NCBI GenBank assembly: GCA_001695645.1
Contig: LVZN01000067.1
Span: 30,001-62,000 of the forward strand
Length of the DNA stretch: 32,000 nucleotides
Reading direction: 5' to 3'
Source of the DNA: Erysipelotrichaceae bacterium MTC7
GTDB lineage: Bacteria > Bacillota_I > Bacilli_A > Erysipelotrichales > Erysipelotrichaceae
This document shows, piece after piece, positions 1-9,450 of this stretch. Numbering within the stretch: position 1 is the first letter of the stretch; every line of letters starts with the position of its first letter. The notes beneath the pieces were generated by a model. It saw nothing but the letters and a program-made list of their open reading frames with translations. It was not told where the DNA came from and ran no database searches. The translations under genes were made by a program, and so were the position numbers.

Positions 1-548
1 TGATGGAACTTTGTCAAAAGAAACGTGGAAATTATAAGGATATGATTTACATTGATGATACAAGAATGAACTTGGTTTATGAACTTCCGTTATCAGAAAT
101 TGTGTTTGACTTTTTTGATCGTTTAAAATCACTGAGTAAAGGATATGCAAGCTTTGATTATGAACTGATTGGTTATCAAACATCTCGATTGTCTAAAATG
201 GATATTTTACTAAATGGTGAAATTGTCGATGCATTGAGTACAATTGTCCATCGTGACTTCGCGTATCCACGAGGAAAGGCGATTGTAGAGAAACTTAAAA
301 ACTTGATTCCTAAACACCAATTTGAGATTCCAATTCAAGCAGCAATTGGTGGTAAAATCATTGCTCGTAGCAACATCAAATCATTACGTAAAAACGTTCT
401 TGCCAAATGTTATGGTGGGGATATCTCGCGTAAGAAAAAATTATTAGAGAAACAAAAAGAAGGAAAGAAACGAATGAAATCTGTTGGTTCAGTAGAAGTA
501 CCACAAGAAGCATTTATGTCAGTTCTTTCCATGGATGAAGAAAATTAG
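1..548 (+). CDS. lepA: Elongation factor 4 (LepA), C-terminal portion; the 5' end lies outside the window
   Basis: ORF 3..548 is open to the left edge. The translation ([49 protein letters not shown]...[38 protein letters not shown]) is the conserved LepA C-terminal domain and tail. Confidence 0.93.
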   Translation, partial: MELCQKKRGNYKDMIYIDDTRMNLVYELPLSEIVFDFFDRLKSLSKGYASFDYELIGYQTSRLSKMDILLNGEIVDALSTIVHRDFAYPRGKAIVEKLKNLIPKHQFEIPIQAAIGGKIIARSNIKSLRKNVLAKCYGGDISRKKKLLEKQKEGKKRMKSVGSVEVPQEAFMSVLSMDEEN

Positions 549-668
549 AATCATGGCAACATGTTTCTTTTTTTTGTACATATAGTTTAAAAAGTATTGT
601 TCTATAAACACATTGTCCTATAAAGTGATAAAATACAATTAAATAATATAAGGGTGAGAGGATAATGC

Positions 669-743
669 ATGTATAAAATAGCAATCTGTGATGACAATCA
701 GAAGATTCTGAGTACGTCGCTCGTTTTGAGCCAGTCGCGATAG
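669..743 (+). pseudogene. Possible 24-codon stub of a response-regulator receiver domain (MYKIAICDDNQKIL...), truncated by TAG
   Basis: ATG 669 is preceded by GGTGAGAGG (SD) and a TGaTAAAAT extended -10-like element. The N-terminus resembles the beta1/acidic-pocket start of LytTR/AgrA-type regulators. The ORF stops after 24 codons and no receiver or LytTR remainder is seen in any frame. Confidence 0.25.
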
Positions 744-915
744 TTTGTGCCACTTAAATCGCGATTAATTGCCCCAATATTTTCCATTAGTGAGAAACTG
801 TTTCAAATTATTAAGACTTAAACCTTTAGTCTCTAGTCTATCTAATGTGTGAGCGATCGTCCAACTATTTTTCATTTCTTATGTATGAATGTATCTTAGC
901 TTTATCTCGAATTGA

Positions 916-1506
916 CTACACGTGTTTTAAACCAAGAATACTAATACGCTCAAGTACCTTAGTTAGTGCATCAGTTAGTTCTTGTTCACTTACACCAGCA
1001 TCATCTTTTAACCATTCTAAGATGGTACCAATACTACCTTGTACAAAAAAGACAAAGTAAAAGTTTAATATTCTTGGATCATTTTCTTTAAAGTCTTTTG
1101 AAAAATCGCGCATTGCCATATTTTGAACTTCAGCAAATACGTTTTTGACAAGTCGACTGTTCTGGTAATCAGTTAAGATGATGCGACTTACTGTGCGATT
1201 TTCATTCAGTAAATGGATGAGTTTACTTAACCAAACATGAATAAATCCTTCACCTTCGATTTGTAAGATAGGCATTACACTAGCGATCAATTCGTCCTCA
1301 ATTTGATTAAACAAATCATTGCTATCTTGATAGTGTAAATAAAACGTTCCACGATTCACATCAGCAAGTTCGCAAATTTCTTTTACACTTACTTTCGATA
1401 TGTCTTTTTCTTCAAGTATTTTTAAAAATGATTGTTTAATGACTTGTTTGGTGTATTGTACGCGTCGATTGTTTTTTACTCCAGCCATATATATACCATT
1501 CAACAA
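916..1506 (-). CDS. TetR/AcrR-family transcriptional regulator
   Basis: The N-terminal HTH (YTKQVIKQSFLKILEEKDISKVSVKEICELADVNRGTFYLHYQD) is typical of TetR. The gene is divergent from the ABC operon. The track start is TTG 1506; ATG 1488 (MAGVKNNRR) is an alternative. Confidence 0.88.
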   Translation of the reverse strand: MLNGIYMAGVKNNRRVQYTKQVIKQSFLKILEEKDISKVSVKEICELADVNRGTFYLHYQDSNDLFNQIEDELIASVMPILQIEGEGFIHVWLSKLIHLLNENRTVSRIILTDYQNSRLVKNVFAEVQNMAMRDFSKDFKENDPRILNFYFVFFVQGSIGTILEWLKDDAGVSEQELTDALTKVLERISILGLKHV

Positions 1507-1553
1507 TTTTCTAAAAAGTGTTCAAAAGATAACATAATGAACAATTTTGCATA

Positions 1554-1582
1554 TTGTCTACCTTTCATACTTTTATTATAAT
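1554..1582 (+). promoter_or_regulatory. Sigma-A-type promoter of the ABC operon (TTGTCT-17 nt-TATAAT)
   Basis: TTGTCT is at 1554-1559, followed by a 17-nt spacer and TATAAT at 1577-1582, about 50 nt upstream of the SD/ATG at 1622/1632. Confidence 0.55.
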
Positions 1583-1598
1583 AACAGTGTGGGATGAA

Positions 1599-1615
1599 AT
1601 CAACATGGTGTTGAT
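1599..1615. promoter_or_regulatory. 17-bp perfect palindrome ATCAACA-tgg-TGTTGAT, candidate TetR operator
   Basis: The inverted repeat lies between the -10 element and the SD of the ABC ATPase gene, in the divergent tetR/ABC intergenic region. Confidence 0.5.
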
Positions 1616-1631
1616 AATTTCAGGAGGACAT

Positions 1632-2333
1632 ATGTCATATATTGAAGTGAAACATGAATTTAAAATCTATAAAATGGGGTCACATGAAATCGTTGCTAAT
1701 GAAGATATGAACTTTAGCATTGAAGAAGGTGAACTCGTTGTTATTTTAGGGCCTAGTGGGGCTGGTAAAAGTACCATATTGAATATTTTAGGTGGTATGG
1801 ATAGTCCAACTGATGGAGACATTATCATTGATGGACAAAACATCGCAACTTATAATACAAGACAACTCACTAACTATCGTCGCACGGACGTTGGTTTTGT
1901 GTTTCAGTTTTACAATTTAGTACCCAATTTAACCGCAAAAGAAAATGTTGAACTTGCTACTGCAGTAAGTAAACATGCACTCAATGTGAGCGATGTTTTA
2001 CGTGATGTTGGTCTTGAAAACCGTATGGCAAACTTTCCTGCGCAGCTTTCTGGTGGGGAACAACAAAGGGTAGCAATTGCTCGAGCACTTGCTAAAAACC
2101 CGAAGTTGTTGCTTTGCGATGAGCCAACTGGTGCTTTGGATTTTAAAACCGGAATTCAAGTGTTAAAACTTTTACAAAATACATGTATCAAGTTTAAGAA
2201 AACAGTCATTATTATCACGCATAATCATGCAATTGCACCGATTGCTAATCGCGTGATCCATATCAATGATGCTAAAGTGAAAAAAATAGAAGTGAATGAA
2301 CATCCTTTACCAGTAGAGGAGTTGGTTTGGTAA
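1632..2333 (+). CDS. ABC transporter ATP-binding protein (MacB/LolD-type NBD)
   Basis: Walker [10 protein letters not shown], signature [14 protein letters not shown], Walker [13 protein letters not shown] and H-loop IIITHN are present. The start was moved from the track's 1554 to ATG 1632, which is preceded by AGGAGG (1622-1627). Confidence 0.93.
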   Translation: MSYIEVKHEFKIYKMGSHEIVANEDMNFSIEEGELVVILGPSGAGKSTILNILGGMDSPTDGDIIIDGQNIATYNTRQLTNYRRTDVGFVFQFYNLVPNLTAKENVELATAVSKHALNVSDVLRDVGLENRMANFPAQLSGGEQQRVAIARALAKNPKLLLCDEPTGALDFKTGIQVLKLLQNTCIKFKKTVIIITHNHAIAPIANRVIHINDAKVKKIEVNEHPLPVEELVW

Positions 2334-5212
2334 TGAAACTACGATTATACGTTGAAACCACATTTCGAGAAATCAAACAATCCTTTGGTCGTTTTATTGC
2401 CATTGTTTTAATCATTTTTATGGGGGTACTACTTTTTGTTGGTATAAAGTCAGTTGGACCTGACTTGGAGACAAGTTTGAATCAGGTAATCGATGCGCAA
2501 AGTATGTCAGATATCGTGGTTCAATCCACCTTAGGGTTTTCTGCTGATGACAAAAAAGAAGTAGAAGCTGCGCTATCGACAGCAAACGTTGAACTTGCCT
2601 ATAGCTTTCCTGTCGTTGAACAACAAGAGCAAAACAACCTTCAACTATACAATCTTAGCAATAAGATTAGCCAAAACGAAGTGTCATTAGTTTCTGGGGT
2701 ACTGCCACAGCATGCCGATGAAATTGTATTGGATAACCAACTGAAAGAAGAATATCCTCTTGGTAGTATTGTTGTCTTTCATGATGATAGTTTGCAACAA
2801 AGTGACTATCGGGTGGTTGGCTATGTAGAATCAGTACTCTATGTTGCAAATGCGGAACGAGGTGTAACCAACATTGGAGATGGACAGTTGCATGGGTTTG
2901 CTTACGTAAACGATGAAGCGATTGCGAGTGATGTACCTAGCATCATGTATATCCAATTCAAAGATCTAGTCGATGTAGATATGTTTTCTAGCACATATGA
3001 AAATAAAATAGAATCATATTCACAAATCTTAGATAATGTACTGATTAAGCGCAAAGAAGCTCGAAAAGAAGAGTTGCAAGAACAAGCACTAGATACGATA
3101 GAAAAACATGAACTTGAAGTTAAAGACAATCAACAAAAACTTGATGATGCAAAAAAGCAAATTGATGATGGTTTACTTACTATTACAAATCAGAAAACAA
3201 GCTTAGAAACACAACGTGTAGCACTGCAAGACCAACTTGTCACATTGCAAAATCAACAAACAAACATTCTTCAACAAAAAGCACAAGTTACAGCACAGTA
3301 TGGTGAAGATGTTGCACAAGCGCAGTTTGCAAGTGCTCTTGCACAAGTAGAAGCAGGAATTGATCAAGTGCAGACCGGAATTGATCAGGTCGATGCAGGT
3401 ATGAATCAACTTGTTGTTGAAGAACAAAAAATAAAAGAAAATCATACAACTTTGCAAAGTAATCAAGCAAACTTGGATCAAGCAAAAGCTGAAATTGAAA
3501 CATCCAAACAAGAAGTTATGGATATGGATAGTGCAACCTATATAACCAATCAAAGAAAAGATCTTCCTGGTTTTAGTGAATATACAAGCTTATCGGATCG
3601 AATTGATGCGATTGCAAATGCATTTCCAATATTCTTTTTCGCGATTGCAATTCTAATCACTTTTACAACCGTAACACGTATGATTGAAGAAAACCGTAAA
3701 GAAATTGGAACATTAAAAGCCTTGGGATATAGAAATGGTGAAATTGCCATCAAGTATGTACTGTATGCTTTACTTGCATCCAGTTTAGGAATTATCGTTG
3801 GTGTATATAGTGGAAGCAAATTGTTACCACCTGTGGTTTTTTCGATGTTGCAAAGTCAATACATCATTGGTGATTACGTTGCCCTATATTGGGCAAGTCC
3901 GATTGTCATTGCAACATTGCTGTCTCTAGCAAGTACACTATGTTCAACAGCATATGTATTACTTCGTGATTTACGTGAAAAACCAACGGTGCTCCTCTTG
4001 CCAAAAGCCCCAAAATCAGGAAAACGAGTTCTACTTGAACGTATCACGTTCTTCTGGTCACGATTGAGTTTTCAAATGAAAGTAACCTTACGAAATATTT
4101 TCCGCTATAAAGGACGTTCAATCCTTACGATAGCTGGGATTGCTGGATGTTGTGGATTGATGCTAACTGGTTTTGGCTTGCAAGATTCGGTTGGAGAACC
4201 TGCAGTATTACAGTTTGGCAAACTAAATAAAATGGATGCTATCGTAACCATGGAAAGTTCAGTAAACAAGAATGAACTTGATGAAGTAAAAACGTTTTTA
4301 GCAAAAGATACGAAAGTAGAAGAAAATCTTTCAGTTTACAGTGAACAAGTAACATTCCGTGCCAAAGATGTTAGTAAGCAAAATGCAAGCTTATATGTAC
4401 TTTCATCTACTTCAAACGATAAAGATTTCTTTGCTTTACATGATGCATCAAATAAACATCGACTCCCTCTTAGTAAACAAGGGGCAATCATCAGTGACCG
4501 TTTAGCTAAAATCTTCAAAGTGAGCCAAGGGGATACCTTGGATATGGTGGATGCAGGTGGAACGACCTATACGATAAAAATTGCTGGTATTAGTGAAAAC
4601 TATTTGGGACACAATGTTTATATGTCACAAACCTATTATGAAAAAGTATGTTCAAAAACGTATCAAGAAAACACCTTCCTGTTAAAAACAAAAGACATCA
4701 ACCATCGTTCCGAACAAGAATTACGAGAATCACTGATGCAACATGATGGTGTTCAAAACGTTACCTACATGTCAACACAACTTGAAAAACAAGAACTATT
4801 GGTGGAAAACTTATCCGTTGTTGTCATCATCATTATCTTCTTAAGTGGAACGTTAGCATTTGTTGTGTTGTATAACCTAACAAACATCAACATATCGGAA
4901 CGAGAGCGAGAACTTGCTACATTAAAAGTGCTTGGGTTCCAAAGTGGGGAAGTGACGATGCATATTGTGCGTGAAAACATCTTCTTTACGATCATTGGAA
5001 TTTTGCTCGGTTTTGGTGTTGGTTATGTTTTAACTTGGTTTATCTTGGAAATGGCATCGTCCGATTTGGCTGTGTTTCCAGTAATTATTAAACCGTATGC
5101 TTATGGAATTGCTGCAGGATTGACCATCGTCTTTACTTGTATTGTGACATGTATAACGCATGTTAAATTAAAACATATTCATATGATTGAAGCACTAAAA
5201 TCGGTAGACTAA
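2333..5212 (+). CDS. ABC transporter permease, tandem FtsX/MacB-type (8 predicted TM) with a large Q-rich coiled-coil ectodomain
   Basis: ATG 2333 overlaps the upstream TAA (TAATG). There are two hydrophobic FtsX-like 3-TM blocks (EENRKEIGTLKALGY... and ERERELATLKVLGF...), each preceded by a TM helix and an extracytoplasmic domain. Residues about 240-405 are heptad-like and Q/E/K-rich. Confidence 0.88.
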   Translation: MKLRLYVETTFREIKQSFGRFIAIVLIIFMGVLLFVGIKSVGPDLETSLNQVIDAQSMSDIVVQSTLGFSADDKKEVEAALSTANVELAYSFPVVEQQEQNNLQLYNLSNKISQNEVSLVSGVLPQHADEIVLDNQLKEEYPLGSIVVFHDDSLQQSDYRVVGYVESVLYVANAERGVTNIGDGQLHGFAYVNDEAIASDVPSIMYIQFKDLVDVDMFSSTYENKIESYSQILDNVLIKRKEARKEELQEQALDTIEKHELEVKDNQQKLDDAKKQIDDGLLTITNQKTSLETQRVALQDQLVTLQNQQTNILQQKAQVTAQYGEDVAQAQFASALAQVEAGIDQVQTGIDQVDAGMNQLVVEEQKIKENHTTLQSNQANLDQAKAEIETSKQEVMDMDSATYITNQRKDLPGFSEYTSLSDRIDAIANAFPIFFFAIAILITFTTVTRMIEENRKEIGTLKALGYRNGEIAIKYVLYALLASSLGIIVGVYSGSKLLPPVVFSMLQSQYIIGDYVALYWASPIVIATLLSLASTLCSTAYVLLRDLREKPTVLLLPKAPKSGKRVLLERITFFWSRLSFQMKVTLRNIFRYKGRSILTIAGIAGCCGLMLTGFGLQDSVGEPAVLQFGKLNKMDAIVTMESSVNKNELDEVKTFLAKDTKVEENLSVYSEQVTFRAKDVSKQNASLYVLSSTSNDKDFFALHDASNKHRLPLSKQGAIISDRLAKIFKVSQGDTLDMVDAGGTTYTIKIAGISENYLGHNVYMSQTYYEKVCSKTYQENTFLLKTKDINHRSEQELRESLMQHDGVQNVTYMSTQLEKQELLVENLSVVVIIIIFLSGTLAFVVLYNLTNINISERERELATLKVLGFQSGEVTMHIVRENIFFTIIGILLGFGVGYVLTWFILEMASSDLAVFPVIIKPYAYGIAAGLTIVFTCIVTCITHVKLKHIHMIEALKSVD

Positions 5213-5223
5213 ACAATACAAAA

Positions 5224-5268
5224 AGAAAACGTGAAATCGAGATAATAAGCTCGTACTTCACGTTTTTT
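5224..5268. terminator. Bidirectional intrinsic terminator between the convergent ABC permease and PBP genes
   Basis: GAAAACGTGAA...TTCACGTTTTTTT forms a long hairpin flanked by an A-run and a T-run. Confidence 0.7.
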
Positions 5269-5270
5269 TG

Positions 5271-6623
5271 TTATTTTACAATATTTGGAATTTGATTTAA
5301 TACTTGTTTTGCGGCTTCAGTAGCAGCACCAGTATAGTTTGCATTTTCGACAATGAAAACAAAGGCATAAGGAGTTTCTTCATTTGCTGAAAACCCAACA
5401 AACCAGGCGTGTGGATTTTTTCCTTCCACTTCCGCTGTTCCTGTTTTTGCGCTAATCTCCAAACCAGGGAAGTTATAATCACCATAGGTTTGGATCGTAT
5501 TGTTGCGCATCAGTTCTGCCAAACGATTGGCTGTTCTTTTATCAAGAATCTCACTGTCTGTTTTAGTCATTTGTGTGAGTGAAGATAAAAATGAATCATC
5601 TTTGATGTAGTGAGGCGTTGGAAGTGTTCCATCATTCGCAATGGCTGCAACATATTCTAAAAATTGCATAGGGTTAACAAGTGTTGTATATTGACCAATT
5701 CCTGCCCAAGCTAAGTCAGCTTTGCTTGCACCACTTAAGTTGAATCGCGAAGCACTTGTTTTTGCACCGTCAATGTTGGTACTACTCGTTAAACCACTTT
5801 TTTGAACATAGGTACTTAATGTATCATTACCAAGCTGATTTGCAATTAAACCAAAAGCAACGTTGCATGAGTTGGCGAGCGCTTGCTCAAAACTTTGGTG
5901 ACCATGTACTCCATTACATTCAATCCACTGATCACCAATGGTGATTCCACCTTGGCAATCAAAAGTTTGACTTTCAATATCATCAATAGTTTCAAGGGCA
6001 GCATAGCTAGTGACAAGTTTCATAATGGAACCAGGGACATACAGTCCATTGAGCACACGATTGATAAAAAGTCCATCATCATCACTTGCTTCTTCGCTTG
6101 GTGGGTTGTTTGGATCAAAGGATGGTTTAGAAACCATGGTTAGTATCTCACCAGTTTTGTAGTTCATGATAGCGATAGCTCCATCTTGATAACCTAAAGC
6201 ATCGTAAGCCAAACTTGATAATTGCGCATTGATGGTTAAGTTGATGGTATTCTTTTTGCTTTTTGCTTCAAACAATCCGTTTATTGCACTATAGCCAATA
6301 AGCATGTCACGTTTTGTGGTAAGAATGCTATTGGTGATGGCATCGTTTTTATCACCGATGTTATGCAGTGTAGCTAAACGTACCGTTGCATCATCAGCAT
6401 ATACAAGACCCTGGTTGGTCGAACTTAATAGGCGTACACCATCTGTAGAATAAATATCTCCTGCAACTGTGAGTTCACCTTCATAATAAATGTTTTGATT
6501 GGTGGGATATGTGACCCATTGGTTTGCACCAGTGATATAGTCTTTTGCAAATACTGCGCTGCAAAACAAAAAGACAACCATAATGATCACTAGATATTTT
6601 GCGCGTGCGGAAATTCGTTTCAT
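5271..6623 (-). CDS. Class B penicillin-binding protein (transpeptidase), short PbpA-like form
   Basis: N-terminal membrane anchor, then SxxK (SIMK), SxN (SCN) and KTG (KTGT) motifs in the canonical order. The start codon overlaps the stop of the upstream SEDS gene (ATGA at 6620-6623). Confidence 0.9.
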   Translation of the reverse strand: MKRISARAKYLVIIMVVFLFCSAVFAKDYITGANQWVTYPTNQNIYYEGELTVAGDIYSTDGVRLLSSTNQGLVYADDATVRLATLHNIGDKNDAITNSILTTKRDMLIGYSAINGLFEAKSKKNTINLTINAQLSSLAYDALGYQDGAIAIMNYKTGEILTMVSKPSFDPNNPPSEEASDDDGLFINRVLNGLYVPGSIMKLVTSYAALETIDDIESQTFDCQGGITIGDQWIECNGVHGHQSFEQALANSCNVAFGLIANQLGNDTLSTYVQKSGLTSSTNIDGAKTSASRFNLSGASKADLAWAGIGQYTTLVNPMQFLEYVAAIANDGTLPTPHYIKDDSFLSSLTQMTKTDSEILDKRTANRLAELMRNNTIQTYGDYNFPGLEISAKTGTAEVEGKNPHAWFVGFSANEETPYAFVFIVENANYTGAATEAAKQVLNQIPNIVK

Positions 6624-8377
6624 ACTTCATCACCTCCAATATCGACAGGTTTTACTTCCTGATGTTCGTTTGGTGTTGCATAGTTTAATGCTGCACTAAT
6701 AAAGCTTAGTAACCCCCAACTTCCCATCATGCTGCTTCCACCATTACTTACAAATGGTAGGGTAACACCAGTAAATGGGAGAACATCCAAGGCTCCAAAT
6801 ATATTCAATGCTGTTTGAATCACAAACATGCCAGCAGCTGCACAGGCAGCAATAACATAGTAACTACTTCGGGCAACTTTATGAGAGCGAATGGCTCCAA
6901 GTAAGATGACTAAGAAAATGCTTGCGACAAGAATGGCGATGAGTAACCCCCATTCTTCACCAATCATAGCGATGACAATATCTGTATCTGCAGCAAATAG
7001 GTTTTTCGCAAATCCATTTCCAACACCTAAACCTAGCAGTCCACCACTGGCAAGGGCAATAAGGGCACTTGCTTGTTGGTAACCGGAATCGTACATGTGA
7101 GTAAAGACATGACGCCATGTTTCAAAACGACGCATGATGTAGGGACGAAAGCTTAAGACCATCAGACCACCAAGACCAGAGACAAGCAAGGTCATAAAGA
7201 TGGCTTTGATGTCTCCACTGGTCATAAACATCAAAATAATGAAGGTCACAAAGAAGATTAATGCAGTTCCAAAATCTCCCATTAAGAAGAGTAAACCAAC
7301 GCAAGCTGTGGAATAAATAATCAAGTTTCGTAAGTTTTTACTTTTGAATAACCAGTTTAGTGTTGCACTACTTGCAAATATAAACAAAACCTTTACCAAC
7401 TCGGATGTTTGCAAACTCAAGGGTCCCAAGCGAATCCAGTTGGTTTGGCCGTTGATGTTACTACCTAGAACAAGCGTTACAGCCAAGATGATAATGGATA
7501 AAAAGGCAGCATAACGCCGTAATTTCATAATGGTGTCAAGGTTTTGCAAAGCTAGACATAAAATTATATAGATTACAATTCCAATAAGTAAAGCTAATAG
7601 TTGCTTATAGATTTCTGCTGGATTGGCACTTGCAATCATGCTAAAACCAATGGTCGATAGAAAGAAAGCAGCACTTTCAGCACCTAGGTTTTCTAAACGT
7701 AACAGTTTTGCCAACGGAATAAACAACCAAGGAATGACAAATAATACAGCAAAACTAATAAAGATATTGGTGTGATAACTTGCATCGATGGAAAAAAACA
7801 TCTGTAAGCAAGTCAATAGTTGAAAGATGTTGAGTAAGACAATGGCTTTGGTGTAACTTCCATCACGTCGACCAATAAATTTTAACTTTTGGCGGAAACA
7901 ATAACTAAGTTTCTTTTGTTGTTTCTTTAGGGCTTTTTCGTATTCTTTGACATTGTCATAGGTAGGGGGTTGAATCACCATTTCCACTCCTGATAAAGAG
8001 ATGGTATCACCCATATGAATCGGTGTTTTATCATTTGCAGGTACATCGTTAACCATAATATCACCTGCAAAACGAGTATCTGTGAGGTTCCAATACCCAC
8101 TATCGTTCATGACCAACACAGCGTGTTGTTTAGAAATAAAACGTAAATTGATAACAACATCACAGGCGCTAGAGCGACCAATGGTTACCTCATAATGGGT
8201 AATGGGTATCTTTTCAACTCCGTTACCGACATTTAGTATTGCTAAAATACGTTGTTTTTCTTGTCGATACAAAATAAGACGTTTGATTTCTATAAAAATG
8301 AAAAAGGCTAGAATGACAAAAACATATCTAGCAATTAGTAAATAGTACTTTTCAAATAGTTCCATTGTAATTTCCAT
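6620..8377 (-). CDS. FHA-domain::SEDS (FtsW/RodA/SpoVE-family) fusion protein
   Basis: Residues about 45-135 (nt about 7972-8245) carry FHA hallmarks (TIGRSSACDVVI...SKQHAVL...NLTD...GDTISL). A K-rich linker follows, then a polytopic SEDS body ending ...TGVTLPFVSNGGSSM. AGGAAG lies 7 nt upstream of ATG 8377. Confidence 0.88.
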   Translation of the reverse strand: MEITMELFEKYYLLIARYVFVILAFFIFIEIKRLILYRQEKQRILAILNVGNGVEKIPITHYEVTIGRSSACDVVINLRFISKQHAVLVMNDSGYWNLTDTRFAGDIMVNDVPANDKTPIHMGDTISLSGVEMVIQPPTYDNVKEYEKALKKQQKKLSYCFRQKLKFIGRRDGSYTKAIVLLNIFQLLTCLQMFFSIDASYHTNIFISFAVLFVIPWLFIPLAKLLRLENLGAESAAFFLSTIGFSMIASANPAEIYKQLLALLIGIVIYIILCLALQNLDTIMKLRRYAAFLSIIILAVTLVLGSNINGQTNWIRLGPLSLQTSELVKVLFIFASSATLNWLFKSKNLRNLIIYSTACVGLLFLMGDFGTALIFFVTFIILMFMTSGDIKAIFMTLLVSGLGGLMVLSFRPYIMRRFETWRHVFTHMYDSGYQQASALIALASGGLLGLGVGNGFAKNLFAADTDIVIAMIGEEWGLLIAILVASIFLVILLGAIRSHKVARSSYYVIAACAAAGMFVIQTALNIFGALDVLPFTGVTLPFVSNGGSSMMGSWGLLSFISAALNYATPNEHQEVKPVDIGGDEV

Positions 8378-8541
8378 AGTATACTTCCTTTAAAAACATT
8401 GTATAGAAATGCCACGTAAAACACAAGAAGTAGCATATTACAATGATGTAAGAAAAGGAAGTTGACAAATGTTAGTGAAAAATGACAAGATGGATTTAGC
8501 GATTATCCGTACAATAAGAGTACAAGAAAGAGGGTAGAAAT

Positions 8542-9411
8542 ATGAACTGGATGGAAGCACTAACTAACGGACTGCATTACATGGAAAAACATTTAATGGA
8601 ACATGTAACGATACATGAAGTTGCTAGTGTTGTTGGGATTTCACCAATGTATTTTCAGCAAAGTTTTAAAATTGTGACTGGATATACGGTAGGGGAGTAT
8701 ATGCGTAATCGAAAACTTTACTTAGCTGCACTTGATGTGCTTCAAGCAAAAGAAAAGATGATTGATATTGCATATACCTATGGGTATGAAACACCGGAGA
8801 GTTTTAGTAAAGCATTCACGCGGATACATGGTATCTCACCTACAAAGTTACAGTTAGATCCATCAAAAATCACCATATTTCAACCACTTCGACTTGTCAT
8901 TGATGTCAAAGGAGGACAAGCTATGCAAAACTATGCAAAAGACAAAGATGTAATGAAAATGATTGGAAAAAAATATGAAGTGAAGTACGAAAGTGCGTAC
9001 CAAGAAATCCCAAGCTATTGGGAAAGCTATCGTAAAGAATGTATGAATCCTAACTCGAAGGAAATCGAAGTTTATAAAAAGCATCATATTGGTGAGTTTG
9101 GTGTATCTTTTGATAAAGGTCAAGATACAGGTAGTTTCGATTATTATGTTGCGGGTATGTATAAAGGTGGAGATGTACCGGAGGGGTTCACATTGTTTGA
9201 AGTTCCAGCCAGTACTTGGATGATTTTCCCAGTTGTGGGTCCAATGCCACATGCTCTACAAACAACAAACACAAGAATTTTTAAAGAATGGATTCCAAGT
9301 CATCCAGAATATGAAATTTCATTACCAATCAGCATTGAATGGTATAAAAATGGAGAGATTGAAGATTACGATTACGAAAGTGCAATCTGGATTCCAATTA
9401 AGGAAAAATAG
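8542..9411 (+). CDS. AraC-family transcriptional regulator with a C-terminal GyrI-like effector-binding domain
   Basis: N-terminal double HTH (ISPMYFQQSFKIVTGYTVGEYMRNRK...YGYETPESFSKAFTRIHGISPTKL). The C-terminal half (about 160 aa, ending WIPIKE) is typical of the GyrI/SbmC-like fold. Confidence 0.85.
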   Translation: MNWMEALTNGLHYMEKHLMEHVTIHEVASVVGISPMYFQQSFKIVTGYTVGEYMRNRKLYLAALDVLQAKEKMIDIAYTYGYETPESFSKAFTRIHGISPTKLQLDPSKITIFQPLRLVIDVKGGQAMQNYAKDKDVMKMIGKKYEVKYESAYQEIPSYWESYRKECMNPNSKEIEVYKKHHIGEFGVSFDKGQDTGSFDYYVAGMYKGGDVPEGFTLFEVPASTWMIFPVVGPMPHALQTTNTRIFKEWIPSHPEYEISLPISIEWYKNGEIEDYDYESAIWIPIKEK

Positions 9412-9412
9412 T

Positions 9413-9450
9413 AAAAAAATAGTTGGTCAATTGCGATCAACTATTTTATT
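9413..9450. terminator. Bidirectional intrinsic terminator between the convergent AraC and MerR genes
   Basis: AAATAGTTGGTC-aattgc-GATCAACTATTT is a 12-bp stem with one G-U pair, flanked by an A-run (5') and a T-rich tract (3'). It overlaps the MerR stop codon. Confidence 0.7.

Noticed and set aside
514-1060. ORFs 514..753 (-) and 845..1060 (+).
   Set aside because: The first overlaps the lepA 3' end and the remnant region and has no motif. The second is antisense to the TetR C-terminus. Neither has translation signals.
1554-1631. N-terminal extension of the ABC ATPase ORF in the track (start 1554).
   Set aside because: The TTG at 1554 is part of the -35 hexamer. A strong AGGAGG SD precedes ATG 1632, and the conserved NBD N-terminus begins there.
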